Of a stretch of DNA of 64,000 nucleotides, positions 32,407 through 42,700 are shown one piece after another (position 1 is the first letter of the stretch; every line of letters starts with the position of its first letter). The notes under the pieces were generated by a model that was not told where the DNA came from, ran no database searches, and was given only the letters and a program-made list of their open reading frames with translations. A program made the position numbers and the translations under genes. This DNA comes from an uncultured Candidatus Rokubacteria bacterium. Lineage in GTDB: Bacteria; Methylomirabilota; Methylomirabilia; Rokubacteriales; CSP1-6. The stretch lies in the NCBI GenBank assembly GCA_963762145.1, contig CAVXJS010000011.1, forward strand, positions 1 through 64,000. The letters are read 5' to 3'.

Positions 32407-34497
32407 TGGCATTCCGCGCTGACCGGCCCGCGCGGGCGGGTCTACCTGATCGCCACCGCGGTCATCGTGCTGGTGCTGGCCCTCTTTCTCTGGGCGCCCG
32501 ACTTCCTGCAGGCGGTGGAGGTGCGGCTCTACGACCTCCACTTCAAGCTGCGGGGCACCCAGCCGCAGACGGCGGAGCGCATCGTCATCGCCGCCATCGA
32601 CGAGAAGAGCCTGGCCGCGCTCGGTCGCTGGCCCTGGCCGCGCTCGCTCATGGCCGATCTCATCCGGAAGCTCTCGGCGGACGGCGCCAAGGTGATCGCG
32701 GTCGATATCCTGCTGAGCGAGCCGGAGGTGAGTGGCGAGCTCCGGGCGGCCGCGCAGCTCTCGGAGCGCCTCCGGACGCTGGGGCTCGCCGGGAGCTCCG
32801 CAGGGTCGGCGGTCCAGCGCGAGCTCGACGCCTACACGCGCGAGGCTGATCGCGACCGCCAGCTGGCCGAGGCCGTGCGCGACAGCGGCCGCGTGGTCCT
32901 GCCGATCGTGTTCGAGGTCGGGCCGGATCGGACCGGGCCGCCTCCCGAGCCGGCCGGCGCGGCCTTCAAGTCGGCCCTGGTAAGCTTCCGTCACTGCGAC
33001 GAGCGGGGAGTGTATCCGCCGCCGGCAGGCCGCAGCGCCACGCCTGCCCATCCCGCGTGCTCGCGGCGCGGCGCCAAGGACGCTCGGGCACGTGACGATG
33101 CTGGCCGACCGCGATGGCACGACGCGCTGGGAAGCGGTGGCCTTCGAGCACCAGGGCCACTACTATCCCTCGTTGGCGGTCCAGGCGGTGCGCCTCGCCA
33201 TGGCGGTGGAGCCGACACAGCTGACGCTCGACTTCGGCCGGAACCTCACGGTCGGATCGGTTTCTGTCCCGCTCGATCCCCGCGACCGGATGCTGATCAA
33301 CTACGCGGGGCCCGGGGGGACCTTCCGGCACCTGTCCGCGGTGGATCTGCTGACCGGGAAAGTGGCGCCGGATGCGGTGCGCGACCGCATCGTCTTCGTG
33401 GGGGCCACCGCGGCCGGGACGTACGATCTCCGCGTCACGCCCACGAGCCCGATCATGCCCGGAGTGGAGAAGCACGCCAACGTGGCGGCCAATATCCTGA
33501 CCGGGCAGTTCCTCCGGCGTCCGGACTGGGTGGAGCTCGTCGAGCTGGCCGGCATTCTGGTCTTCCCGCTGGTGCTCGCGTGGCTGCTGCCCCGGTTGCG
33601 GCCCGCGGTGAGCGTGGGCGCCGTGGCGCTCGTCTGGGTGATCCTCTTCGGCGCCGTGCATCTCGCGTTCCGCGGCGGGCTCTGGCTGCCCGTGGTGTAT
33701 CCGACGCTCGCTCTGGGACTCGACCTTCCTCGGGATCACGGTGTACCGTCTGCTCACCGAGGAGCGACAGCGCCTGTGGACGAAGCGCGCGTTCCAGCAG
33801 TTCGTCAGTCCGGAAGTCGTCGAGCAGCTCATGGACAATCCCGCCGCGCTGCAGTTCGGGGGCGAGATGCGGAACCTCACCGTGCTCTTCTCGGATATCC
33901 GCGACTTCACCCCCTACACGGAGCGCCACCCGCCCCACGAAGTGGTCCAGATGCTGCGGGAGTACCTCACGAAGATGGTGGACCAGGTCCTGGCCCAGCA
34001 GGGCACGCTCGACAAGTTCATCGGCGACGGGGTCATGGCGATCTTCGGGGCCCCGGTGCCGCTGCCCGATCACGCCGAGCGGGCGTGCCGGGCCGCGCTC
34101 GGCATGAACCGGGAGCTGGAGGCGCTCCAGGCCCGATGGGTCGCCGAGGGCCGGGAGCCCTTCAAGATCGGCATCGGGATCAACACCGGCGACATGATGG
34201 TCGGCAACCTCGGCTCGGAGCAGCTCTTCGATTACACGGTGGCCGGCGACGGGGTCAACGTCGGGGCCCGGGTGGAGTCGCTCAACAAGGAATACCAGAC
34301 CGAGACGTCCATCATCATCAGCGAGACGACGTACCTGGCGGCCCAGGACGTCCTGGACGTCCGGCGGCTCGGCGAGGCGACGGTCAAGGGCAAGACGCCG
34401 CCCTATCGTGGTCTACGAGCTGCGCGGGATCCGTGAGACAGTGGAGCGCGTGCCCATTCCGGCTCCCTTGACAAAGGAGCCAGCGAGGGCCTATTGA
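32406..34497 (+). CDS. CHASE2-domain adenylate cyclase (frameshifted)
   Basis: IDEKSLAALGRWPWPR, DRDGTTR, LINYAGP, PGVEKHAN, 3 TMs, LFSDIRDFT, LDKFIGDG, GINTG, DYTVAGDGVNVGAR and VVYEL. Confidence 0.88.
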
Positions 34498-34537
34498 TGC
34501 GGTACACCGAACACTTGAGCACGAGGGGGGAGTAGGC

Positions 34538-35464
34538 ATGGGCGGACGGCGAAGGAACGGCTCGCTCCGGCTCGGGGCAGCGGCTCTCCTCGGAGCCCTG
34601 CTCTCGCTGGTGTTCGCGCCTCCCGCCCTCGCGCAGCAGGCCCCGCCCAGCGCGGAGCTCAAGCGCGTGATCGGCCGCGTCGAGCTCCTCCGCAAGGGTC
34701 AGACGCAATGGATCCCGGCCGTGATCGGGGCCCGGCTCGTGGAGGGAGACGACATCCGGGCCTTCGCGGGCGCCCAGGCCGAGCTGGAGATGCCCGACAC
34801 CAGCACGGTGCTGCTCGCCGAGAACAGCCGCCTCCTGATGACCAAGATCGAGTACGACCAGCAGAATCAGAGCCGCATCGTCCTCCTGCATCTGGTGGTC
34901 GGCAAGGTGCGGGCCGTGATCGCCCAGACCGCAATCACGCTGGTACGGGCCCGCCAGTCCAACTTCGGCATCTCGACCCCGACTGCGGTGGCGGCGGCGA
35001 GGGGCACGATCGTGTGGGTGTACACCGACGGGACGCGGACGCTCATGGCCGTCGAGCCCCAGCCGGGGCTCCGGATCCAGCCCCGGATCGAGTGCATCAC
35101 CGTGGCCACCCCCCAGCCGAAGCGCCAGATGGTCCTCGCCGGGTACGCGACGACGGATTGCGGGCCGACCGTGACCGCCACGCAGCAGTTCATGTCACCG
35201 TCGAATCCCCTGACGGCCGGCACGCCCCTGCTGAACGCGCCCGTGGCCATGCCGGGGAATATCGAACAACTGGTCACCGGCATCGGGGACCTCCAGGCGG
35301 GTGCGCCGGTGAGCTTCTTCACATCCGGCCCCCCGTTCGGCACTACCTCGCCCCCCTCCTTTGGTAACGACGCCTTCGTCAATCAGCAAAACCAGAACCA
35401 GAACCAAGGGAACAAGGGCTGCGCGAGCGCCGGAGGTCAACAGGAGAACTGCCAGGGCCAGTAA
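34538..35464 (+). CDS. FecR-domain secreted protein
   Basis: Signal peptide, LVEGDDIRA, LAENSRL, LVVGKVRA and TPTAVAAARGT; N/Q-rich tail. Confidence 0.8.
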   Translation: MGGRRRNGSLRLGAAALLGALLSLVFAPPALAQQAPPSAELKRVIGRVELLRKGQTQWIPAVIGARLVEGDDIRAFAGAQAELEMPDTSTVLLAENSRLLMTKIEYDQQNQSRIVLLHLVVGKVRAVIAQTAITLVRARQSNFGISTPTAVAAARGTIVWVYTDGTRTLMAVEPQPGLRIQPRIECITVATPQPKRQMVLAGYATTDCGPTVTATQQFMSPSNPLTAGTPLLNAPVAMPGNIEQLVTGIGDLQAGAPVSFFTSGPPFGTTSPPSFGNDAFVNQQNQNQNQGNKGCASAGGQQENCQGQ

Positions 35465-35610
35465 GGCCAGCAGTGAGATAGAGAATTCCCGGTTCTGCAT
35501 CTGACCGTCTAGATCGTCTCGGTCGCGCCTGCCTTTACGCACTTCTCCTCTGGGCTCCTCTGGCCTCCGGCGCCGATCGCGGCTGGCCGCTGGCCGTTGC
35601 CGAGCTTCTG

Positions 35611-38478
35611 ATGCTGCTCGGTCTGCTCTGCTGGCTGCTCGGGATGGTGGTCGAGCGCCGCCTCGTATGGCGGTGCTCGGCCCTCGATTGGCCACTCGTC
35701 CTGCTGATCGTCCTCGTCCTGGTCCAGCTCGCCCTCGGCAACCGCCCGCTGGCGGCCTGGGCGCTGGCTCCTACCGGCAGTCTGGACGCCCCCCCAGCCC
35801 TGCCCTTGCTCGTTCTCGCCCTCGGTACCATCGCTCCGTCCCATACGGTCCAGGCGCTCATGCTCTTCCTGACCTACGCGGGCGCCTACGTGCTGGTGAT
35901 CCATCTGATCCGGACGCGGGCGCAGCTCGACCGGCTGCTGAGAACCCTGCTGATCCTGGGCGGCCTCCTCGCGTTTTTCGGACTGCTCGACTACCTCGGT
36001 CGCGAGGCGTGGCTGTTGCGGTGGCGAAATACTCCCGTCACGGGGCGGCTGTCCGGAACCTTTGCCAATCCGGATCATTTCGGCGCCTGGCTGGCGATGC
36101 TGATCTTTCTCGGCATTGGCTACCTGCTGGCACGCCGCGGACTGGCGGGTAGGGCGCCAGCGCTCCGCGGCCTGTTCCGCTCCCCCGGAAGGCGTGAGGA
36201 GGCCGTCCGCCAGTACTTGCCCTCCATCGCCGTGGTCACCATGGCGGTCGCCCTGATCTTCACGCTGAGCCGGGGGGCGGTGGTGAGCGCCCTGGTCGCG
36301 GTCCTGCTGCTCTTGCCGCTGCTCCGCGCCTTGAACCGGATTCGCCGAAGCCTGGCGCTGGTCGGCACCCTCCTGGTTGCGACTCTGGGCTACGGCGCCT
36401 GGATCGGCTTCGACCCGTTTCTGCAGCGCGTCTGGCACGCAGACTATGCCGGGCGCTGGATCCAGACCCTGAGCAGTCTGCCGATCCTTCGGTCATTCCC
36501 GCTGCTCGGGGTGGGGCTCGGGACGTATCAGGACATCTATCTCCGCTACCAGCCCGCGGCGCTCGACCCTGGCCACGTCTACTACACCTATGCCCACAAC
36601 GATCTCCTCCAGCTGGTGCTGGAGCTGGGGCTCATCGGAGCGGCGCTGTGCCTCGCGCTGTTCTGGAGGACCACTCAGGATCTGCTCGGGGCCCATCTTC
36701 TGGGTCGCGCCACCTGCCCAGCCGGCGCGGGGGAAGCCGAGGGGGCCCGCCGGAACGATCCCTTCAGCGTCGGTATCGGCATCGGAGCCATGGGCGGCGT
36801 GCTGGCCCTCCTGGTCCACAGCGTCTTCGACTTCGGGGCCCGGATCGCCGCCAACGGCATCCTTGCCGCGACCTGTCTCGGCATCGCCACGGTCGCCCTG
36901 CACACGCGCTTCAGCCCGACCGGCGAGCGGCTACTGGCGAGGGTTCGGGTCTGGCCCCTGGGGAATGGCCGGCTGTTTCCCGTCACGCTGGCAGCCACGG
37001 CGGTCATCCTGTCGCTCGCCCTCACGGTGTGGATGGTACGGCCCCCCCTAATCGCCGCGCGACTCGCAGAGGCCACGCGACCCGGCGTCGATCCCCGGAC
37101 TGCGATCCAGCGGGCGGAGGCCGCGCTCGCGCTGAGTCCAAGTGACGAGCGCGCCCTGGCCGTGCGCGGGCGGCTGCGGCGGCAGGCCGCGATGGACATC
37201 TGGACCACCGGGGCGACACGCGAGGGACGGGTCCTGCTCTCCTGGGAGGAGCGGCAGCAGGCGGCCCTGCCGCTTGCGACGGGTGCCGTCCAGGATTTCC
37301 AGAACGCCATCCGGGGGGTTCCGTCGGAGCCGACCTACCACCGCGACCTGGCGCGTGCCGAGTGGACGCTGGCCCTGCTCGACCCTCGAGACGGGCCGCA
37401 GCGCCAGGCGGCCGCGCTGGCGGCGTTCTCACGGGCCGCCACGCTCGCCCCGAACGATCCATTCATCCAGCAGGCGCTGGCGAGCTTCGCGGTGCCGCAA
37501 GGCGGCCGCGCGACCGAGATCGGGCTGCGCGCGGCACGAGCAGCCGTCGAGCTTGATCCCGGGCTGCTGCCGGACCTCGTTGACCAGTTCCTCCTCCAGG
37601 GCTTGACCGGCGATCAATGGGTCGCCATGGTCCCCGAATCTGCGCTCGACCGGGCCGATCTCGGCACCCTCCTGGAACAGCGCGCGCTTGTTGCAGAGGC
37701 GGCCCACGCCTACCAGCGCGCCATCGAAGTGGCCCCGACGGAGCAGCGCGTGCTGCCGCGCTGGCTGCACGCCCGGCTCCTGCTCCGGCAGGCGCACGCG
37801 CGTGAGGCGCTGGGGGACATCGAGATGGCTCTGGCCGGAGACCGCGACAACTCGGAGCTCTATCTCACCAGGGGACAGGCGCTGACCGCCCTCGGCGATC
37901 CCGGTGCCCTGGACGCCTATCGCCTGGCCGTGCTCAACGCGAAGGTGAAGCCCTTCGGGCCTCTACCCCTACGAACCAGTGCCCTCGTCGCCCGTGTGAT
38001 CCGCGACCAGGTCGGGGCTGGCCGCTACCGTCGTGCCCTGGCTCGATACCTGACCGACCGTCACCTCTGGTATCAGGCGCTCCCCGAATGGCAGGCGGTG
38101 CTCGCCGAGGTGCCCGCAGATGCGGAGGCCCATTTCTTGCTCGGGGTCGTGCACGACGGCCTCGGGGTCAGGGAGCGCGCCCTTCAGGCCTACCGGCAGG
38201 CCGTGGCCCTCGACGGGACGCGCAGCGCCTTCCGGCTGCGGCTAGCTCAGCGCCTCTGGGAGACCGAACAGTATTACCAGGCGATGAACGAGTGGCGGGC
38301 GGTCCTTGGACAGGATCCGGGCAATCTCGAAGCGCGTCTCGGTCTCGCGCGCGCATACGTGAAGGCGGGAGACCGCCGCGAGGCCGCGCAGGAATACGTG
38401 CGGATCCTCCAGATTGTTCCCGACCAGCCTGAGGCCCGGCGGGAGCTGGCCCGCCTGGGTCGAGCCGCGGGCACCTAG
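35611..38478 (+). CDS. O-antigen ligase (Wzy_C/WaaL-like) fused to TPR repeats
   Basis: GTFANPDHF, TLSRG, GVGLGTY, YAHNDLLQLVLELG, HSVFDF and a C-terminal TPR array. The open frame extends upstream to about 35485 (LWAPLASGA), so the true start may be earlier. Confidence 0.88.
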   Translation: MLLGLLCWLLGMVVERRLVWRCSALDWPLVLLIVLVLVQLALGNRPLAAWALAPTGSLDAPPALPLLVLALGTIAPSHTVQALMLFLTYAGAYVLVIHLIRTRAQLDRLLRTLLILGGLLAFFGLLDYLGREAWLLRWRNTPVTGRLSGTFANPDHFGAWLAMLIFLGIGYLLARRGLAGRAPALRGLFRSPGRREEAVRQYLPSIAVVTMAVALIFTLSRGAVVSALVAVLLLLPLLRALNRIRRSLALVGTLLVATLGYGAWIGFDPFLQRVWHADYAGRWIQTLSSLPILRSFPLLGVGLGTYQDIYLRYQPAALDPGHVYYTYAHNDLLQLVLELGLIGAALCLALFWRTTQDLLGAHLLGRATCPAGAGEAEGARRNDPFSVGIGIGAMGGVLALLVHSVFDFGARIAANGILAATCLGIATVALHTRFSPTGERLLARVRVWPLGNGRLFPVTLAATAVILSLALTVWMVRPPLIAARLAEATRPGVDPRTAIQRAEAALALSPSDERALAVRGRLRRQAAMDIWTTGATREGRVLLSWEERQQAALPLATGAVQDFQNAIRGVPSEPTYHRDLARAEWTLALLDPRDGPQRQAAALAAFSRAATLAPNDPFIQQALASFAVPQGGRATEIGLRAARAAVELDPGLLPDLVDQFLLQGLTGDQWVAMVPESALDRADLGTLLEQRALVAEAAHAYQRAIEVAPTEQRVLPRWLHARLLLRQAHAREALGDIEMALAGDRDNSELYLTRGQALTALGDPGALDAYRLAVLNAKVKPFGPLPLRTSALVARVIRDQVGAGRYRRALARYLTDRHLWYQALPEWQAVLAEVPADAEAHFLLGVVHDGLGVRERALQAYRQAVALDGTRSAFRLRLAQRLWETEQYYQAMNEWRAVLGQDPGNLEARLGLARAYVKAGDRREAAQEYVRILQIVPDQPEARRELARLGRAAGT

Positions 38479-38638
38479 CTGGTTGCGCCACCGTGTCCTT
38501 ATACGGGAGGCCGGGAATGGCGAGGCTCGTCTGGGACTTACCTCCCGATCGGTCCCGATCAACCCCAGGGCACGATCCCGGCGGGTCCGCCAAATTCCCC
38601 TCACGGGCTCGCACGTGACTCGGGTAGTATCAGCCTCC

Positions 38639-39796
38639 ATGCTCGATGTCGTCGTGGTGGGTGGGGGCCCGGCCGGCCTCTACACGGCTTTGCTCCTGGC
38701 CGAGGAGGGCTTCGACGTCGTCGTCCTCGAGGAGCACGAGACGCTCGGCGCGCCGACTCACTGCACCGGGGTCGTTTCGGACGAGCTGTCCGAGCTCTTC
38801 AAGATCCCGGAGAGCCTGGTCCTCAGTCGTCCGACGGCCTGCCTGATTCACTCGCCGGCCGGCCGCGTCTTTCCCTTCGCGTCCAACGGCGAGGGCATCG
38901 CCGTCATCGATCGCGGCGAGTTCGACCGTGAGCTCGCCACCGCCGCCCAGCGGGCCGGCGTCGAGATCAGGACGGGGTTCAGGGTGGAGCGCCTGCGCCC
39001 GGGGCCCCGCGGCATGCAGATCGAGGGCGCAGTCGGGGTCGTGAGCGCGCGGGTATGCGTGCTCGCGTGCGGAGTCGGGTATGGGCTGCAGCGTCAGCTC
39101 GGGCTCGAGCTCCCGTCGCTCTTTCTCCACTCGGCCCAGATCGAAGTGGACACGCGCGCCGTCTCCTCCGCGGTCGAGCTCTATCTCGGTCGAGAGGTCG
39201 CCCCCGAGGGCTTCGCGTGGATGGTCCCGTTGACCCGGGGGGAGCGCCCCAGAATGAAGATCGGCGTGGTCACGCGCGGCGACGCCACGCAGCGCCTACG
39301 AGGAGTTCTGGCCACGCCTGGCGTGACCGAACGTATGGCCTCGCCTCCCGGGATACCCCTCCGGCGCGTGCTCCCTCTTGCCCCGGCCCGACGCAGCTAT
39401 GGCCATCGCGTCCTCACGGTCGGGGATGCCGCGGGTCTGACCAAGCCGACGACGGGAGGCGGGATCTTCTACAGCCTCCTGTCAGGGCGGTTCGCGGCCG
39501 AAACGCTGACCAGGGCCCTGCGACGCGACCGACTCGCGGCGCGCGACCTTCGTGTCTATGAAGGGCGCTGGCGGGCCCGCCTCGGTCCCCACCTGTGGAT
39601 CTCGAGCAGCGTCCGTTCCCTGTTCGCGCGGCTCGGCGATCAGGAGCTGGAGACGCTGCTGGAGGCGATCGCGTCGGAAGACGTCCAGCGTGTCATCCGG
39701 GACACCGCTCGCTTCAACTGGCACGGCGAGCTGATCAGGACCCTGCTCGCCCAGCCCGGCGTCAAGTCGACGCTGCTCCAGACCTTTCTCAGGTAG
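38639..39796 (+). CDS. geranylgeranyl-reductase-family FAD oxidoreductase
   Basis: DVVVVGGGPAG, HCTG, DRGEFD, FAWMVP and VGDAAGLTKPTTGGGIFY. Confidence 0.88.
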   Translation: MLDVVVVGGGPAGLYTALLLAEEGFDVVVLEEHETLGAPTHCTGVVSDELSELFKIPESLVLSRPTACLIHSPAGRVFPFASNGEGIAVIDRGEFDRELATAAQRAGVEIRTGFRVERLRPGPRGMQIEGAVGVVSARVCVLACGVGYGLQRQLGLELPSLFLHSAQIEVDTRAVSSAVELYLGREVAPEGFAWMVPLTRGERPRMKIGVVTRGDATQRLRGVLATPGVTERMASPPGIPLRRVLPLAPARRSYGHRVLTVGDAAGLTKPTTGGGIFYSLLSGRFAAETLTRALRRDRLAARDLRVYEGRWRARLGPHLWISSSVRSLFARLGDQELETLLEAIASEDVQRVIRDTARFNWHGELIRTLLAQPGVKSTLLQTFLR

Positions 39797-42700
39797 ACGC
39801 GGCCGCGGGCTCGGCCGCCACCACGACGGCAAAGCCGCGCGCGCGCAGGGTTTCGTCGAAGGCCGCCTGACGTCGCCGGTCACCCACGCGTCGCTCCGGC
39901 GCCTCCTCCTGCGCGCGTCGCCGGCGCTCTCCCTCGCGCCGGTCCAGGATGACCGTGACCGGCCGAGCGCCCAGCTCTCGCTTGAGGTCGTCGAAGAGCG
40001 CAGGCTTCGATCGGGCCACGACGAACAGATGGCCGAGGATCTGAAGCTCGTCGAGGGTGTTCGCCAGCCAGGGCCGCATGCCCATGTCATGCAAGAGCAT
40101 GAAGGCGTCGGCGAGCCGGTCCGCCGCCTGGGCCGGCCGACCGGTCCGTTTGTAGAGCTGGCCGAGACCCAGGAGAATCTGGGCGGTGAGCGGGCGCATC
40201 GCGAGCTCGTCGGCCAGCGCGAGGGCCTGCTGGTAGCTGTCTTCTGCCGCGGCCGGATCGGCGGGGCTCGCAGCCGCCATGACATCGCCGAGAAGCTTGA
40301 GGCCCCGCGCGTGATGGCCGCGCTCCTTGTGCGCGAGGGCCAGCTCCAGCACCTGTTGCACCGTGGCTCTGGCGCGTTCGATCTGCCCCGCGGCCAGGAG
40401 GCCTTCGGCGAGCTGGGCGGTCCAGAGGGCGAGATAGGCCCGGATGCCCAGCGCCTCCGAGCGGCTCACGCTCTCCTCGAGGAGGGCCAGTCCCTCGGCA
40501 ACCTGGCCCAGTCGGACCCGGGTGAGCCCGAGCAACGAGGCCGGGATGGGACGCCAGACGTCCAGACCCTTCTCACGACAGGCGTCGACGCTCTGCTCGA
40601 GGAACGGGAGGGCCTCCTCGAGCTGACCGCGCCGGAGGTGAACGAGGCCGGCCAGGGTCTGCGCGATCGCCTGCGGATAGGGATGCCCGCTGGCCTTGGC
40701 GGCTCCGGCCGCCTGGTCGAGGTAATCGATCGCGGCGTCGAACTCACCACGGTCCGCACAGGTGAACGCCACCCACGCCGCCGACGTCACGAACGAGATG
40801 CGATTCTGGATGCTCACGTCGCCGGCCGGCGTCGCGGCGAGCGCGTCGAGGTTCTGGCGCAGGACGCGTTCGGCCTCCCGGAACTTTCCCTGGGCATGAT
40901 AGCTGGAGCCCAGGTAACCGCGCGCCAGCGCCTGGAGTGAGCGGTCGGCGGCGGCTTCGCCGATCCGCAGGCAGCGCTCGCCGTATTCGATGGCCAGGTC
41001 GGGCTCGCCCTTGAGGTAGTGATAGTTGATCAGATACGTGTAGACCCGCGCGAGGCGTGGTGCGTCTCCGAGTTTCTCGGCGATCACCTCGGCTTCCTGC
41101 GAGAGCGCCAGCACGCGCTCGATCTGTCCCATCTGGATCAACGGAGGCCGCAGGTCGAGCCGCAGATCGATCGACTGCTCGGATCGCTCCGGGCTGTCCG
41201 GAAGATGCGACAGGCCCGCCAGCGCCTGCTCGAGGAAGGCGACGGCTTCACGGTTGGCCCCGCGCGCGGCGGCCTTGGCGCCGGCCTGTCGCAGATAGAG
41301 CACCGCCTTGTGCCATACCTCGCCGCGCAGCGCGTGGTGGGCCAGGGACTCCACCTGATCGCCCGGGCGGTCGGCCTCCAGGTGCTCCAGCGCTTCCAGC
41401 ACCCGCGCGTGCAGCGCCCGGCGACGCCCCCTGAGCACAGTATCGTAGGCGACTTCCTGGGTCAGGGTGTGGCGAAAGGTGTACTCCATGCTCGGAAAGA
41501 GTCGGAGCTCGTGGAGGAAATCGCCGGCCTGGAGGATGGCGAGATTGCGGCGGACCTCATCCTCCGACATGTCGGCGATGGCCTGGAGCAGTACCAGCGG
41601 CACGTCCTTGCCGATGACGGCGGCCGCCTGCAGCAGACGCTTCCCCTCCGGGGGCAGCCGATCGATGCGTGGGGCCAGGACGGCGTGGATCGTGGCCGGC
41701 AGCTGGATGCTCTCGATGGGCTTGACCAGTCGATACGCGCCCCGCTCGCCCGTGAGCGTCTGGGTCTCCACGAGCGTGCGGATGCTCTCCTGGATGAAGA
41801 AGGGGTTGCCCTCCGTCCGGTTGATCAGCCAGGTCTTGAGTGCCTGGAGAGTCGGGTCGCTGCCGAGCAGAGGGTCCAGGAGCTGCTCGGCATTGGCGGG
41901 CGGCAGCGACTTCAGGAGGAGTCCGGTGTAGTGGCTCGCGTCGGCCCAGGGGTGTTGATACTCGGGGCGGTGGGTGACGAGGAGGAAGACCCGGGCGCCC
42001 GGCAAGCCCTGGACGAGGGCGTCGAGGAACGCGTGGGTCTCCGAGTCCATCCAGTGCAGGCTATCGAAGAGCAGGAGCAGCGGCTGGATCCGGCTCTCGC
42101 GCAGGAGCAGGCGCCGCAGCACGTCCAGCACGTGCTGGCGGCGGCGGAGCGGGTCGAGGAGCGACCACGGCGGATCATCCGTCGGCGCGTCGAGCACCTG
42201 GAGGATCGCAGACGCGGTGGGCCAGGCGCTCTCCTGCAGCGTGTCGAGCTGGGCCGCGACCTTGTCGCGGATCGCGGGCTGGTCGTCGCGCGCGTCGATC
42301 TGGAAATAGGTCCTGAGCAGCTCGACGAGTGGCAGGTACGCGGTGGTCTTGCGGGTTGCGACGCCGATGGCCTCCAGGATGCGCCACCCGTGCGCGGCGT
42401 CCGCATGCAGGAACTCGCGGATCAGCCGCGACTTGCCCACCCCCGGCTCGGCCGCGATCGCCACGACCTGCCCGTATCCCCCGGCGGCGCGCTCGAGGGC
42501 CTGCAGCAGGGTCGCCATCTCGGCGTCCCGCCCGACGAAGCGCGTGACGTCTCGCGCCGTTGCGGCCTGCCGCCGCGAGCCCGTCGTGCTCGCCCCGGTC
42601 ACCTCATAGACATCGATCGGAGTCGCGAGGCCCTTCATCGACCGCGGGCCGAGCGGGCTCACGGCGACGGCATCGCGGGTGAGGCTCAGCATGGTCCCGG

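Noticed and set aside
34461-34481. GGCTCC-CTTGACAAA-GGAGCC palindrome as an operator or promoter for fecR
   Set aside because: There is no good -10 at 17 bp, and it probably lies within the frameshift-corrected 3' end of the cyclase CDS.
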